Part shown: positions 26,467 through 36,630 of the stretch, piece by piece
How positions within the stretch are numbered: position 1 is the first letter of the stretch
Layout of the letters: the number at the start of each line of letters is the position of its first letter
DNA from: an uncultured Alphaproteobacteria bacterium
GTDB taxonomy: Bacteria; Pseudomonadota; Alphaproteobacteria; Rs-D84
Reading direction: 5' to 3'
Assembly: GCA_944389135.1 (NCBI GenBank)
Contig: CALXLG010000002.1
Coordinates: forward strand, 24,362-88,361
DNA length: 64,000 nt
The notes under the pieces: generated by a model
What the model was told of the DNA's origin: nothing
The model's database searches: none
What the model saw: the letters and a program-made list of their open reading frames with translations, nothing else
Position numbers and translations under genes: made by a program

Positions 26467-28971
26467 ATGAACAGTATAAAAAAACAATTTTCAGATTTGC
26501 GCAAAAGTACGCCAAAGCATATCCAATGGTTGCTGTTGGCTGCGGCGTTCATTGTCGTTTTGATTTTACTGACATTATTGCTAACTAACAAAGAAGAAGA
26601 AAAAATAGAAAATGCTGATAATGTAATTGTAAAGCTTAGCTTTATGCCTGATTCAATCAATTGGGCAAATACGCTGGTTGGGGATACAGAAAAGCAAACA
26701 ATAAAAATATCAGCAAACACCCCAATAAAAATTATGGGTGTAAGATTTTCTAAGTCTATAAATGGCTTGCCTGCAGAACCAGTACAAACCTGTACCAGAA
26801 TGGGGCAAATAGACAAAGATAACGCTTGCACCATAGATTTGGAATATAAACCCAGCACTGCATTAAAAGCAGAAACCATTGATTTATATGTTGATTGGCG
26901 TCGTACAACAGAACCAGAAACGATAAAAAATACAGACCGTATGTTATTGGTTTTGGGTGCAACCGAACCAGAGCCAGAAAAACCAGTAGAGCCAATCGTT
27001 ACTGAAAAAGAGCCTGTAGATACGCCTGTTATAACAGAAACAGTTCAAGAGATTGCCGCGTCTGCCCCAATAAAAGAAGAAATCAAAAGCAGTGTTGAGT
27101 TAATCTCTCCGTCTAACGTTGTTCCAGATGAGAAAGCGTCCCCAGCTGTTGCACCAATTGCACAAGTCACAACAAGTGTTGTAGAAGAAGATGACTATGT
27201 ACCACCTGCAGAAACATGTTCTGACTTTGCTTTCCCAGGATACAATTTATCAGGTGTACAAAGTGGCTGGATAAGACCAGAAGCAGGGGCTTATTATTAC
27301 CATCCTTTCTCAGATAAAGAATGCAACAATCCAACCGGCAGATATAATCCTGATACGGGTATAATAACTGATATAAATGACAGTGGAAAAAAGATTGGAA
27401 CCGACGCAGAACATATTGGTTATACAGCGATAACAACAGGTGAAATGCCACAACTTTCAAATCCGCCAGAAAAAAAGGAAATTTGGAAAGCAACTCAACT
27501 TAGTCTGGATGAAATAGAGCAAGCACTTACACAACCTGTTCAACAAGTTGGGGTTGATGCAAACGGTAAAAAAATATTTCCTGGAGTAATTGTCGCCAAA
27601 GAAGAAACGTCTGATGTACTTATTGGTACCAGCAGTACAACCGCAGTTTATTCGTCAGACCCGTTTGATAGAAAATTTGTATTGCGTCAATATAAACCAA
27701 TTCCTGCAACAATCGTATCCGAAGTTCGTGCAGACCCTTCTTTGTATCAAACAGGACAATCTTTACCAGTAAGAGCAACCGTTGACAGAAACGTGTATTC
27801 TGATGACGGTCGTACCGTTGTAATACCAACTGGTACATTGCTGTTGGGATATGTAACAGGCGAATTACCAGGACCATATAAATCAATCGGTCGTATGCAA
27901 ATAAACTGGTATCAATTTATATTACCAAATGGTGTCGAGTTTAATTTTAATAAGGATGGCACCGCACCATTTTCTGGCGACTCACAAGGTCGTGCGGGCG
28001 TTCCAGGACATGGCAGCACAGACTATGTTGAACAAATCGTTATGCCTATGCTGACGGCAATTGTTCCGGCCGCGGTAAATATGATTGCACCAATCGCGGA
28101 TACGTTTGTTAATCAAATTGATTTGGATAACAATACGGTTGTTCAATCTGGTACAGTGCGTTCTTCTGAGCTAGCAAAGAACGAAATCATAACAGCATGG
28201 AATCAGGTTGCACAGAAATTACTGGTTGATGCAATGGATAATACAATACCACCATTTTCAATTGCAGCCGGCACACGTATAACAGTCTTTTCACCAACAG
28301 ATTTGGTAATTACATGTGGCAATGATAACACAAAAGAATGTTCAGTTGAAAACGTAACAAAGGCATCCAATACCGCAGACGAACGCAATCAGCGTTTTGA
28401 AGGATGGCGTTCAATAACACCAACTGTTGACTATACAGATGATTCTTGGGTTGGGCAGGTACGTTCGTTTAACTTAGAACAATTCTGTACAACTGATAAA
28501 GACGGAATTTGGGATATCAATGAATCAAAAACTGCTGAAATATCACAATCTGGTTATGATTACAGGACTGTTTTGGCATATTGTCAGTCGCTAAATTACC
28601 AAGCGATAAACAACGCAAAACAAGATGCTTTGTACCAAGATCAGCAAAAACAATTCAAAGCAAATTATGCAGGGACGACATCTTCTGGTTCTACTAATAC
28701 AATATCCGGTTTATCTGGAATAACAGGTAGCCAGGCTTATAACGAAGAAGTCCTTGGGTTAACTTACGAAGATGGTGTTATTCAAAACCCATTTGAAACA
28801 GTTGAAACTGTCCAAGAAACAGAAGCAACAACCAGCGCAATTACATGTCCAGATGGGACCGCACCTGACCAATATGGTTGTTGTACTGGTGAAATATATA
28901 CGGATATGGGCGAACAAGGATTTAACTGCTGTCCAGAAACTGGTGGTGATTGCTTCCCGCCGATAATGTAA
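26467..28971 (+). CDS. virB10: VirB10/TrbI/DotG-like T4SS protein with Pro-rich linker and a ~300-aa Cys-rich C-terminal extension
   Basis: N-terminal TM segment and an 'EPEPEKPVEPIVTEKEPVDTPV' linker. The VirB10 C-terminal domain signature is 'RATVDRNVYSDDGRTVVIPTGTLLLGYVTG...GRMQINWYQFILPNGVEFNF...AGVPGHGSTDYVEQIVMPMLTAI'. At 834 aa it is much longer than typical VirB10 (~400-480 aa). Confidence 0.75.
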   Translation: MNSIKKQFSDLRKSTPKHIQWLLLAAAFIVVLILLTLLLTNKEEEKIENADNVIVKLSFMPDSINWANTLVGDTEKQTIKISANTPIKIMGVRFSKSINGLPAEPVQTCTRMGQIDKDNACTIDLEYKPSTALKAETIDLYVDWRRTTEPETIKNTDRMLLVLGATEPEPEKPVEPIVTEKEPVDTPVITETVQEIAASAPIKEEIKSSVELISPSNVVPDEKASPAVAPIAQVTTSVVEEDDYVPPAETCSDFAFPGYNLSGVQSGWIRPEAGAYYYHPFSDKECNNPTGRYNPDTGIITDINDSGKKIGTDAEHIGYTAITTGEMPQLSNPPEKKEIWKATQLSLDEIEQALTQPVQQVGVDANGKKIFPGVIVAKEETSDVLIGTSSTTAVYSSDPFDRKFVLRQYKPIPATIVSEVRADPSLYQTGQSLPVRATVDRNVYSDDGRTVVIPTGTLLLGYVTGELPGPYKSIGRMQINWYQFILPNGVEFNFNKDGTAPFSGDSQGRAGVPGHGSTDYVEQIVMPMLTAIVPAAVNMIAPIADTFVNQIDLDNNTVVQSGTVRSSELAKNEIITAWNQVAQKLLVDAMDNTIPPFSIAAGTRITVFSPTDLVITCGNDNTKECSVENVTKASNTADERNQRFEGWRSITPTVDYTDDSWVGQVRSFNLEQFCTTDKDGIWDINESKTAEISQSGYDYRTVLAYCQSLNYQAINNAKQDALYQDQQKQFKANYAGTTSSGSTNTISGLSGITGSQAYNEEVLGLTYEDGVIQNPFETVETVQETEATTSAITCPDGTAPDQYGCCTGEIYTDMGEQGFNCCPETGGDCFPPIM

Positions 28972-28978
28972 ACAATTA

Positions 28979-29005
28979 CCCGCCAATTTGGCGGGTTTAT
29001 TTTTA
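28979..29005 (+). terminator. Rho-independent terminator after the VirB10-like gene
   Basis: 'cccgccaatttggcggg' followed by tttattttt. Confidence 0.6.
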
Positions 29006-29247
29006 ACTAATAAAAGGGGGATAAATGCTAAATAAATAAGCAAACACATATAATATATTTTTTTACGCGCATCATTGCGCGTTTTTTTATTTCTAAATAA
29101 AAACACGATTCGGATAACAGGAAAAAAATCTTATAAACGAATCAGAAATCCGATTCGATTTTCAACCTTTGGTTGTAATCTTTTACAGTTTTCACCTGTT
29201 GTTTTATATATCGTGGCATAACGTCATTAAAAAAGGAGGAAGATAAA

Positions 29248-29595
29248 ATGACAGTACAAAACACACAATATGCTTTATCAGCAGAAAAATTTCAAAACGC
29301 AGAACAACTATGGTTTTGGTTTTTATATTCAAAATCTGTGCAAAATGGTTTTATAAGAAATCATAACAGATGCACTAAACGTGTATGTGAATTGTTGGAT
29401 GTAGAAACGCTTATCACAAAATTATACCTTTCTGGGAAACTAACTGATGAACAGCTAGGCGTTATGAAAAAATTTGGTGACCGCAGGCGTGCACCACATC
29501 AATATATCTGGTCTGAAAATAAAGCAGCTGATTTATGGAGAAAAGCTATGCAAACTCTTGAAACCGCCGCTATGCAACGTGGTTGGATTGAATAA
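29248..29595 (+). CDS. Hypothetical protein (115 aa)
   Basis: Strong RBS AAAAGGAGGAAG 6 nt before the ATG. No recognisable motif. Confidence 0.5.
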   Translation: MTVQNTQYALSAEKFQNAEQLWFWFLYSKSVQNGFIRNHNRCTKRVCELLDVETLITKLYLSGKLTDEQLGVMKKFGDRRRAPHQYIWSENKAADLWRKAMQTLETAAMQRGWIE

Positions 29596-29628
29596 ATAAA
29601 TTTATGTCTGGTACAAAAAGGATACAAA

Positions 29629-29988
29629 ATGATTATTATCGGTTTTTCTACAAAAACATCTAAAATTTTACCGCGCATCTTATGCAAACATTTTAAGCAT
29701 TGTGCACCAATTATTAAAGTTGGTGAAAATTTTCTTATGTATCAATTCATAAAACATAATGATATAAAAGCGATTCCAATAACTTCTTATGGTCTAAAGT
29801 TATTAAAAGGCGCAGGCTGGAAATTTATAAAAACAAACCTAAAACCTGCCAAATATCCCAAACCATACAACGCTGTTACATGTGTTTGTTTTACAAAAAA
29901 ATTTATCGGAATACATGCACCTTTTATTCAAACTCCCGATGCTTTATACAGAAAATTAAAACGCCCAAAAGGGCGTTTTATTACTTAA
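29629..29988 (+). CDS. Hypothetical protein (119 aa), basic
   Basis: RBS AAAGGA. A hairpin terminator 'acgcccaaaagggcgt' + TTTTATT overlaps its 3' end. Confidence 0.45.
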   Translation: MIIIGFSTKTSKILPRILCKHFKHCAPIIKVGENFLMYQFIKHNDIKAIPITSYGLKLLKGAGWKFIKTNLKPAKYPKPYNAVTCVCFTKKFIGIHAPFIQTPDALYRKLKRPKGRFIT

Positions 29989-31561
29989 CCATTTTTTTCT
30001 TTATATAGAACATTTGCCCGATACCAAACACATTTGATATTGTCCAATATAATACCAAACCTGCTGGCATCCATGCAAACATAACTGTAAAGATTAAAGG
30101 CATCCACTTCATAACTTTCTGTGTTTGCGCAACTGCATCATTCGCATTACCTGTATTACTGTTTGAGGCAGTCTGTAAATGCTGCTGTAACCACATAGTA
30201 AGCCCCATTAATATTGGCAAAATAAAATAAGGATCCATTGCCGCCAAATCAGATATCCATAAGAAATGTGCACTGCGCATTTGTACAGATACTAATAATG
30301 CTTTATATAATGCAAAGAATATTGGTATCTGAATTAACATAGGCAAGCACCCAGACATTGGCGACGTCTTATGTGTCTGATAAAGTTTCATCATTTCCAT
30401 TTGTAAACGAACTTTATCATTTGCATACAGCTTTTGTATACGCGCTAATTCTGGTTGCATTTTCTGCATCGCCATCATTGAAACATATGACTTTCTTGTT
30501 AGCGGCCACATTGCTAAACGCAAAAGTATTGTCAGAATTATTATTGCAACACCATAATTCATAACTATTGAATTTAACGCATTTAATGCCCACAACATTG
30601 GACGTGCCAAGAACCAAAACCAACCATAATCAACTGTTTCATCTATGCCGGCAATCTTATTGTTCGCCATATCTAAAACGTTTTGTTCACGTGGACCAAC
30701 AAATAAATTCGTTGTTAATGTCTTTGTTTCTCCTGCTGCAATAGATACAGGATTTGCTGCCGCATCTGCATGATACAAATTACCAACTTTTTTAATACGC
30801 AATGTTTGGTCCAAACTATCAACAGATACTATCGTTTCCCAATACTGATCTGTAAAGCCTACAAAACCGCTTGTCGTAGAATAAGCAAATGCTTTCTTAT
30901 CTAAACTATGCCAATCGTCATGTTCTATATCAGAATTCGCATATGCAATCGCCCCCGTATAAACGCCCGCCGAAGACGGCATATCATTTGCCCTGATAAT
31001 TCTGGCATATGGCGCAACCGAAATTTCTTTCCCTGATGCATTTTTAATTGCATCTTCTATCGTTATTACATATCCGTCTACAGTAATTGTACGACGATAT
31101 TCTATGCCATTTGAATTATTCCATACAAAAGCATCACCATCTTTCTTCCATACCGTTGTAGAAACAGGCGTTGTCGTTCCAGGCGCTAAGAAACCAACTT
31201 CTGCGAATGCCCCTTCCCCACTTAACAATGAAACAGGTACACCTGCATCTGTGTCAGAACCGTTTTTAGCGAACTTTAATAATTTCACATCGTATATGCG
31301 CAACCCTTGAACATTCGCAGCAATATCTTCTGTTTTTATCTCTGAAACAGGAACCGCAGATAAGTCTTCTATAATTGTCTTTTCTTCTACTGCTTGTGTT
31401 TCTGTTGGCTTTGGTGTCATCCAAAAACTTAACAACCACCAAGACGCCAAAAACAAAATAAACCACCACAAAAAGCCGCCCAATTTTGATTTTTTTGTGG
31501 CGGAATCTTTGTTCGCACTCCACTGTCTGAAACCAGAATTATTATCTAAATATTTTACCAT
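29981..31561 (-). CDS. yidC: Membrane protein insertase YidC
   Basis: Periplasmic domain plus conserved C-terminal TM core ('PLLIQIPIFFALY'). I trimmed the start to the ATG at 31561 (GGTGGA RBS). Confidence 0.9.
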   Translation of the reverse strand: MVKYLDNNSGFRQWSANKDSATKKSKLGGFLWWFILFLASWWLLSFWMTPKPTETQAVEEKTIIEDLSAVPVSEIKTEDIAANVQGLRIYDVKLLKFAKNGSDTDAGVPVSLLSGEGAFAEVGFLAPGTTTPVSTTVWKKDGDAFVWNNSNGIEYRRTITVDGYVITIEDAIKNASGKEISVAPYARIIRANDMPSSAGVYTGAIAYANSDIEHDDWHSLDKKAFAYSTTSGFVGFTDQYWETIVSVDSLDQTLRIKKVGNLYHADAAANPVSIAAGETKTLTTNLFVGPREQNVLDMANNKIAGIDETVDYGWFWFLARPMLWALNALNSIVMNYGVAIIILTILLRLAMWPLTRKSYVSMMAMQKMQPELARIQKLYANDKVRLQMEMMKLYQTHKTSPMSGCLPMLIQIPIFFALYKALLVSVQMRSAHFLWISDLAAMDPYFILPILMGLTMWLQQHLQTASNSNTGNANDAVAQTQKVMKWMPLIFTVMFAWMPAGLVLYWTISNVFGIGQMFYIKKKMVK

Positions 31562-31563
31562 GA

Positions 31564-32109
31564 TTATTTTCCACCTTTTTCTTCTACTGCCTTTAAACAA
31601 CGACGTCTGGCCAGATACCAATTTAATAAGAACAAACCAACGCCAACAACTATACACATATCGGCTACATTAAAAGCAGGCCAATGCCACCCACCAACAT
31701 GAAAATCTAAGAAATCAATAACCGCCCCAAACCGAATTCTATCTATCAAATTTCCTAATGCACCGCCTATTATCAAAGCCAGTGGCACACGTTCATAAGA
31801 CTTTGCACGTGCGAACAAATAATACCCGATGAACCCGATTATAAAACCGGTTATTACAATGATTATCATTGGTGCCGCTTCTCCAACTGCACGCAACATA
31901 GAAAACGAAGCACCTGGATTCCAAGTAAATACTATGTTAAAGAAATCACAAATTTGTGTCATTAAATATGGCACAGGCACAACTTCCCATGCAGCCCCAA
32001 AAGCAGGTACTGTACCCGTAATTAAGTACAATAAAATGCCTTTTGTTAACTGGTCCAACAATATAACGCCTATAATTATGGCTAAATATTTTAATATTTT
32101 ATTTCTCAT
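31564..32109 (-). CDS. lspA: Lipoprotein signal peptidase (signal peptidase II)
   Basis: 'NPGASFSML' and 'FNVADMCIVVG' motifs. I trimmed the start to the ATG at 32109 (GGGGA RBS). Confidence 0.85.
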   Translation of the reverse strand: MRNKILKYLAIIIGVILLDQLTKGILLYLITGTVPAFGAAWEVVPVPYLMTQICDFFNIVFTWNPGASFSMLRAVGEAAPMIIIVITGFIIGFIGYYLFARAKSYERVPLALIIGGALGNLIDRIRFGAVIDFLDFHVGGWHWPAFNVADMCIVVGVGLFLLNWYLARRRCLKAVEEKGGK

Positions 32110-32203
32110 ATTTTTCCCCGTTTTTGAAAATATAACAACACCAACGCATAAAATCAAATATAAAAAGAGCCCCCAAAGGGACTCTTTATCTTACATTTTT
32201 TAT

Positions 32204-33907
32204 TTACTGCGCATCTGATACAGGTGTGTCAATTAATGCATAGTTATCCGCACGCATTTCGTCCAATAAATTGTCTATTTTATTTTCTGAAATTCCAAGA
32301 TGAGTAAGCACACCATAACCTAAGAAGAAAGAAGATTCTATGGTTTCAGGTTGAGCCTCTGCCACGCCCAACTTTAATAAAGCCTTTGAATCCGCCAGAT
32401 TTCTTGCCCTTGCAAAAATCTTTACTTTCGGTGCAACACCACGAACAGTCAATACAGTATTACTTGCATTTGCGGCATTATCCAGTGCCACTACAACCGC
32501 ACGTGTACGACGTGTTAATCCCAAATCGCGTAAAACATCCGCATTTCTAGTATCACCATAAACAACGTTAAAACCACGTTCACGCCCCAGCATAACCGCA
32601 TTAACATCTAAATCTATCGCAACATAAGGTATGTTTTCTGATGTTAATAATTGTGCAACTATCTGACCAACACGTCCAAAACCACATATTATAACTTCTG
32701 GTTTTTGCTCGTCTTCTTTTGATTCGGGTTTTGATAAGGGTTGATTAGAAAACAACTTTCCAGATTTGCGCAACAAATCGAAAACAGCCAAAACAATAGG
32801 CGTTAACATTATTGATAATATAATTATCGCAGTTAGAATTTCTTGATGCATTTGTGGCAAAGCATCTATTCCGGACGTTTTCATTGTTTGCAACATTAAC
32901 AAACCAAACTCGCCCCCTTGCGCCAAGACAAGCGCAATTGTTGCCGCTTCTGGTGCAGGGACATTTCTTACGCGCGCGACCATAAATATCGCAATAAACT
33001 TTACAACTAATAACCCCAACACGCCCGCTAATATTATATACCAACTTTGACCCAAGAATGGTAAATTCAAGCTCATTCCCAAGGATATGAAAAAGAAAGC
33101 CAAAAACAGCATTGAATATGGTGAAATATCAGCACTTATCTGATGACGGTAAATCGTTTCAGACAACAACATACCCGCCAAGAAAGCCCCCAAACCAACA
33201 GGCAGACCAATTAAATCCATTACAATTGCCCATGCCGTAATATTTAACATTATCGCTAATAAGAAAGCTTCTTTTGATTTAAGTTTTGCAACCAACTTCA
33301 TTAGTGGATTCAAAATAAAGCGTCCAACAATAACTACACCTAAAATCAACGCGGCCGACAGAACAAAAATATCAATTGCGGTTGCACCCAAATTAAAGCT
33401 TTTACCAGCAAACACCGGCAACATAGCCAACAACGGGATAGAAAGCAAATCTTGAAATAATAATATTGAAAAAGTTTGACGTCCCATATTTGTGTTTAAC
33501 TGATTTCTATCTATTAATAATTGCATATCTTCCGATGTACTAGACATGGCCAATAATAAAGACACCATTATGCAACCCATAATCGTCCAAGAAGTAATTC
33601 CAAATAATATTGGGAATAACATTACTGCAACCATTAAAACTTGCGCTGCACCAAAACCGAATATGGTACGTCGCATATTCCATAAACGCTTCATATTGAT
33701 TTCAAGTCCCAACGTAAACCACAAAAATAGAATTCCTAAATCACCTAAAAAAGTCCATGTATCTGTTAACTGAAACAGATTTAAAACATATGGGCCAGAA
33801 ATAATACCAGCTAATAAAAACGCAACCAATGCCCCAATACGCGCAACACGCAACATACAAACGAACACAAAAACAACGGCAAAAAATATTAATAATGATA
33901 ATGACAT
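32204..33907 (-). CDS. Kef-type K+/H+ antiporter (CPA2) with C-terminal TrkA-N (Rossmann) domain
   Basis: Twelve-TM N-terminal domain. 'VIICGFGRVGQIVAQLL' is a GxGxxG NAD-binding motif. Confidence 0.85.
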   Translation of the reverse strand: MSLSLLIFFAVVFVFVCMLRVARIGALVAFLLAGIISGPYVLNLFQLTDTWTFLGDLGILFLWFTLGLEINMKRLWNMRRTIFGFGAAQVLMVAVMLFPILFGITSWTIMGCIMVSLLLAMSSTSEDMQLLIDRNQLNTNMGRQTFSILLFQDLLSIPLLAMLPVFAGKSFNLGATAIDIFVLSAALILGVVIVGRFILNPLMKLVAKLKSKEAFLLAIMLNITAWAIVMDLIGLPVGLGAFLAGMLLSETIYRHQISADISPYSMLFLAFFFISLGMSLNLPFLGQSWYIILAGVLGLLVVKFIAIFMVARVRNVPAPEAATIALVLAQGGEFGLLMLQTMKTSGIDALPQMHQEILTAIIILSIMLTPIVLAVFDLLRKSGKLFSNQPLSKPESKEDEQKPEVIICGFGRVGQIVAQLLTSENIPYVAIDLDVNAVMLGRERGFNVVYGDTRNADVLRDLGLTRRTRAVVVALDNAANASNTVLTVRGVAPKVKIFARARNLADSKALLKLGVAEAQPETIESSFFLGYGVLTHLGISENKIDNLLDEMRADNYALIDTPVSDAQ

Positions 33908-33936
33908 TTTATATTCTCTCTCTCAGACAAATTATA

Positions 33937-34764
33937 TTATACCAAATTTTTTGCAATTTGTGCAAAAGTTTCCGGCGATAATTCTTCTGCTCTTTCGGTT
34001 CCAGTTAAACCAAACACAGCCCAATTTATCCCAGGTATTATTCCACGTATCATCTTACGACGTTGCCCAAACAACTTTGCAGTAATTTGCCCCAAGGCTT
34101 TCACATCACCAAGATTTTTTATTTTATCCGCATTTGGTATAACTTGTACAACCGCGCTTTGAACTTTCGGACGCGGAACAAATGCGGTATTCGGGACATC
34201 AAATAAAATTTTGGCATCTGCTATCAAAGAAGTTAACACAGATAACCTGCCATATTGACTGTCTGATTGCTTGGCAACTATACGTTGTGCAACCTCGCGC
34301 TGGAACATAAGCGTCATAGACTTTATAGGTGCACCTGTCGCAATTTTTAACAACCAATTAATAAATAATTCTGTACCAACATTATAAGGCAAATTAGAAC
34401 ATATTGCATATTCTGAAATTCCAAACTTAGAAAAATCAACTTTTAGCGCATCTTCATATATTACCGTTAAACGCCCCTCTGATGCTTTAATAATTTCAGA
34501 TAAAATTGGTTCTGTTGTTTTATCTTTTTCAATTGCAAAAACCTTACGCGCACCAGCTAATAATAATGCACGTGTTAATCCACCTGGACCTGGACCAACT
34601 TCTACAACGTAGGCATTCGTTATATCAGGAACACTACGTGCAATCCGTCCTGTCAGATTTAAATCAAATAAAAAATTTTGACCAAATTGTTTCTTTGGCT
34701 CTAACCCTGCGTTACGCATCATTTCTGAAACTGGCGGTAAAGATTTTATACTCTCTATACTCAT
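33937..34764 (-). CDS. rsmA: 16S rRNA (adenine1518/1519-N6)-dimethyltransferase RsmA/KsgA
   Basis: 'FGQNFLFD' and 'VVEVGPGPGGLT' motifs. Confidence 0.9.
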   Translation of the reverse strand: MSIESIKSLPPVSEMMRNAGLEPKKQFGQNFLFDLNLTGRIARSVPDITNAYVVEVGPGPGGLTRALLLAGARKVFAIEKDKTTEPILSEIIKASEGRLTVIYEDALKVDFSKFGISEYAICSNLPYNVGTELFINWLLKIATGAPIKSMTLMFQREVAQRIVAKQSDSQYGRLSVLTSLIADAKILFDVPNTAFVPRPKVQSAVVQVIPNADKIKNLGDVKALGQITAKLFGQRRKMIRGIIPGINWAVFGLTGTERAEELSPETFAQIAKNLV

Positions 34765-35360
34765 AAAGTCTTTCTGCCTCCAAACGCAAGTGTTAAAGTA
34801 CCGTCATCTAAATAATCTAAATCACCACCAAGCGGAACACCTGATGCAAGCTCTGAAAACTTCACGCCGGAAACATCACCAATCATTGACATTATATAAT
34901 GTTGGGTCGTTTTGCCTTCTACTGTATTCGGCAACGCAAAAATAACTTCTGTAATACATTCTTTTTTCAAACGTTCTGATAAATTTGCAATATTTAAATC
35001 TTCTGGCATCATACCAGAAACGCCCGAAATTAACCCACCCAATATATGATATCTGCCATGGAAAACAGCCGATTTTTCCAAGGTCCAGACATCTGCCAAG
35101 TCACGCACAACGCATAATTGACCGTTTGCACGCGCCGCATCACGACACATTTCGCACATTCCTAATTCTATATCAGTTAACGTGCCACACACAGGACAAG
35201 GCTTTATAGTTTCAGCTGCGTCAATTAACGCATTTGCCAAACTTATCGCACGACCTGTTTTATCTTGTAACAAAGATAAAACTATACGCTGTGCCGCACG
35301 CGAACCAAGACGCGGTAATTTTGCAAACTGCTTAATAAGTTTTTCTATTTTCGGATTCAT
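34761..35360 (-). CDS. recR: Recombination protein RecR
   Basis: C4 zinc finger 'CPVCGTLTD...CEMC' and a Toprim domain. Confidence 0.9.
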   Translation of the reverse strand: MNPKIEKLIKQFAKLPRLGSRAAQRIVLSLLQDKTGRAISLANALIDAAETIKPCPVCGTLTDIELGMCEMCRDAARANGQLCVVRDLADVWTLEKSAVFHGRYHILGGLISGVSGMMPEDLNIANLSERLKKECITEVIFALPNTVEGKTTQHYIMSMIGDVSGVKFSELASGVPLGGDLDYLDDGTLTLAFGGRKTL

Positions 35361-35369
35361 TAATTATAC

Positions 35370-36551
35370 CTAGTGAAAAATATAACAATCTATTCCTGCA
35401 TTTACAGCTTTATTTTTTATGCTTTGTGCAGAACTTTCTGACAAACCATTCGCACGCACACGATATAAACCATTAGAAGTTTGTTCTATTTCCGCATTTA
35501 CACCTATTTTATTTTTAACATTATTTACCTGTGTCTGCGCCGCATTATAAGATGAAAAAGCACCAAACTGAACCCCAGCATTACCAGAAGAAACTGTCGT
35601 TGTACTATAACTGGTCTTGGCGCTTGCATTACTACCTGTTGTTGCGGCAACATATGCAGCCTTGAACGTGGGCGCAGTATTAGAAGAAGATTTTACATAA
35701 CTTTCCTGTTCTTGCCCTGGTGCATAATAAGTTTGATACATAGATGGCACTGCACCGTTTTTTACCATCTCAAACCCTTTATTCAACATTCTGGTAGAAA
35801 CATTTGCACGAATATCTTTGCTTTCTGCACCCAATACAACAGATATCAAATGATGACCATCTTGCTTTGCCGTTGCGACCAAAGAATAACGAGACTTATT
35901 AGTATAACCAGTCTTCATACCATCACAGCCAGGATACGTACCCAACAAACGATTTCCATTTGTATATGTCTTGCCGTTATAAGTCCACGTCTTAATTCCA
36001 AAATATTTCCAATATTGCGGGAAGTGTTTATATATCGCCATAGACAATAAAGCAATATCACGCGCCGTAGACAACTGGTCATCATTTGGCAGGCCTGATG
36101 AATTTTCAAAGTTTGTTCCCGACAACCCGATTTCATTTGCCACGCGCGTCATCAAATCTGCAAAATTACCTTCTTTCCCGCCCTTTAGATTTTCTGCCAA
36201 AACGCGAGCAACATCATTTGCACTTAATACAGTCAAAGCCTTAATCGCATCTTCTACTTTTATTTTACTACCAGCCGCCAGACCTAATTTTACAGGTGAT
36301 GCCCCAGCTGCAGATTGAGAAACAATTAAGTAATCATCCAAATGCAAACGTCCATGTTCCAGCGCATCAAATGTTAAATACAAAGTCATAATTTTTGTTA
36401 AGCTTGCAGGATAATTTTGGACATTAGCATTTTCTTGATAAAGAATTCTGCCACTATCCATATCAGCAACCAGCGCAGCCTTATATTGCGCACCAAACGC
36501 AGGAAAAGCCAGTACACAAAAAGCAAAAAGAAATCCACCTAACCTTTTCAT
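35370..36551 (-). CDS. D-alanyl-D-alanine carboxypeptidase (PBP5/6 family) with C-terminal SPOR domain
   Basis: 'ASLTKIMT' is an SxxK motif, with 'SGN' and 'KTG' motifs also present. The C-terminal 'GVQFGAFSSYNAAQ...LYRVRANGLSESSAQSI...AGIDCYIFH' is SPOR-like. Confidence 0.8.
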   Translation of the reverse strand: MKRLGGFLFAFCVLAFPAFGAQYKAALVADMDSGRILYQENANVQNYPASLTKIMTLYLTFDALEHGRLHLDDYLIVSQSAAGASPVKLGLAAGSKIKVEDAIKALTVLSANDVARVLAENLKGGKEGNFADLMTRVANEIGLSGTNFENSSGLPNDDQLSTARDIALLSMAIYKHFPQYWKYFGIKTWTYNGKTYTNGNRLLGTYPGCDGMKTGYTNKSRYSLVATAKQDGHHLISVVLGAESKDIRANVSTRMLNKGFEMVKNGAVPSMYQTYYAPGQEQESYVKSSSNTAPTFKAAYVAATTGSNASAKTSYSTTTVSSGNAGVQFGAFSSYNAAQTQVNNVKNKIGVNAEIEQTSNGLYRVRANGLSESSAQSIKNKAVNAGIDCYIFH

Positions 36552-36630
36552 TTCAATTATGATTTTAATAAAAAAGCACAGTGGCGGTCAACACTTTTCC
36601 CGCCACAGTCTTGTTTTATATTTATATTTT

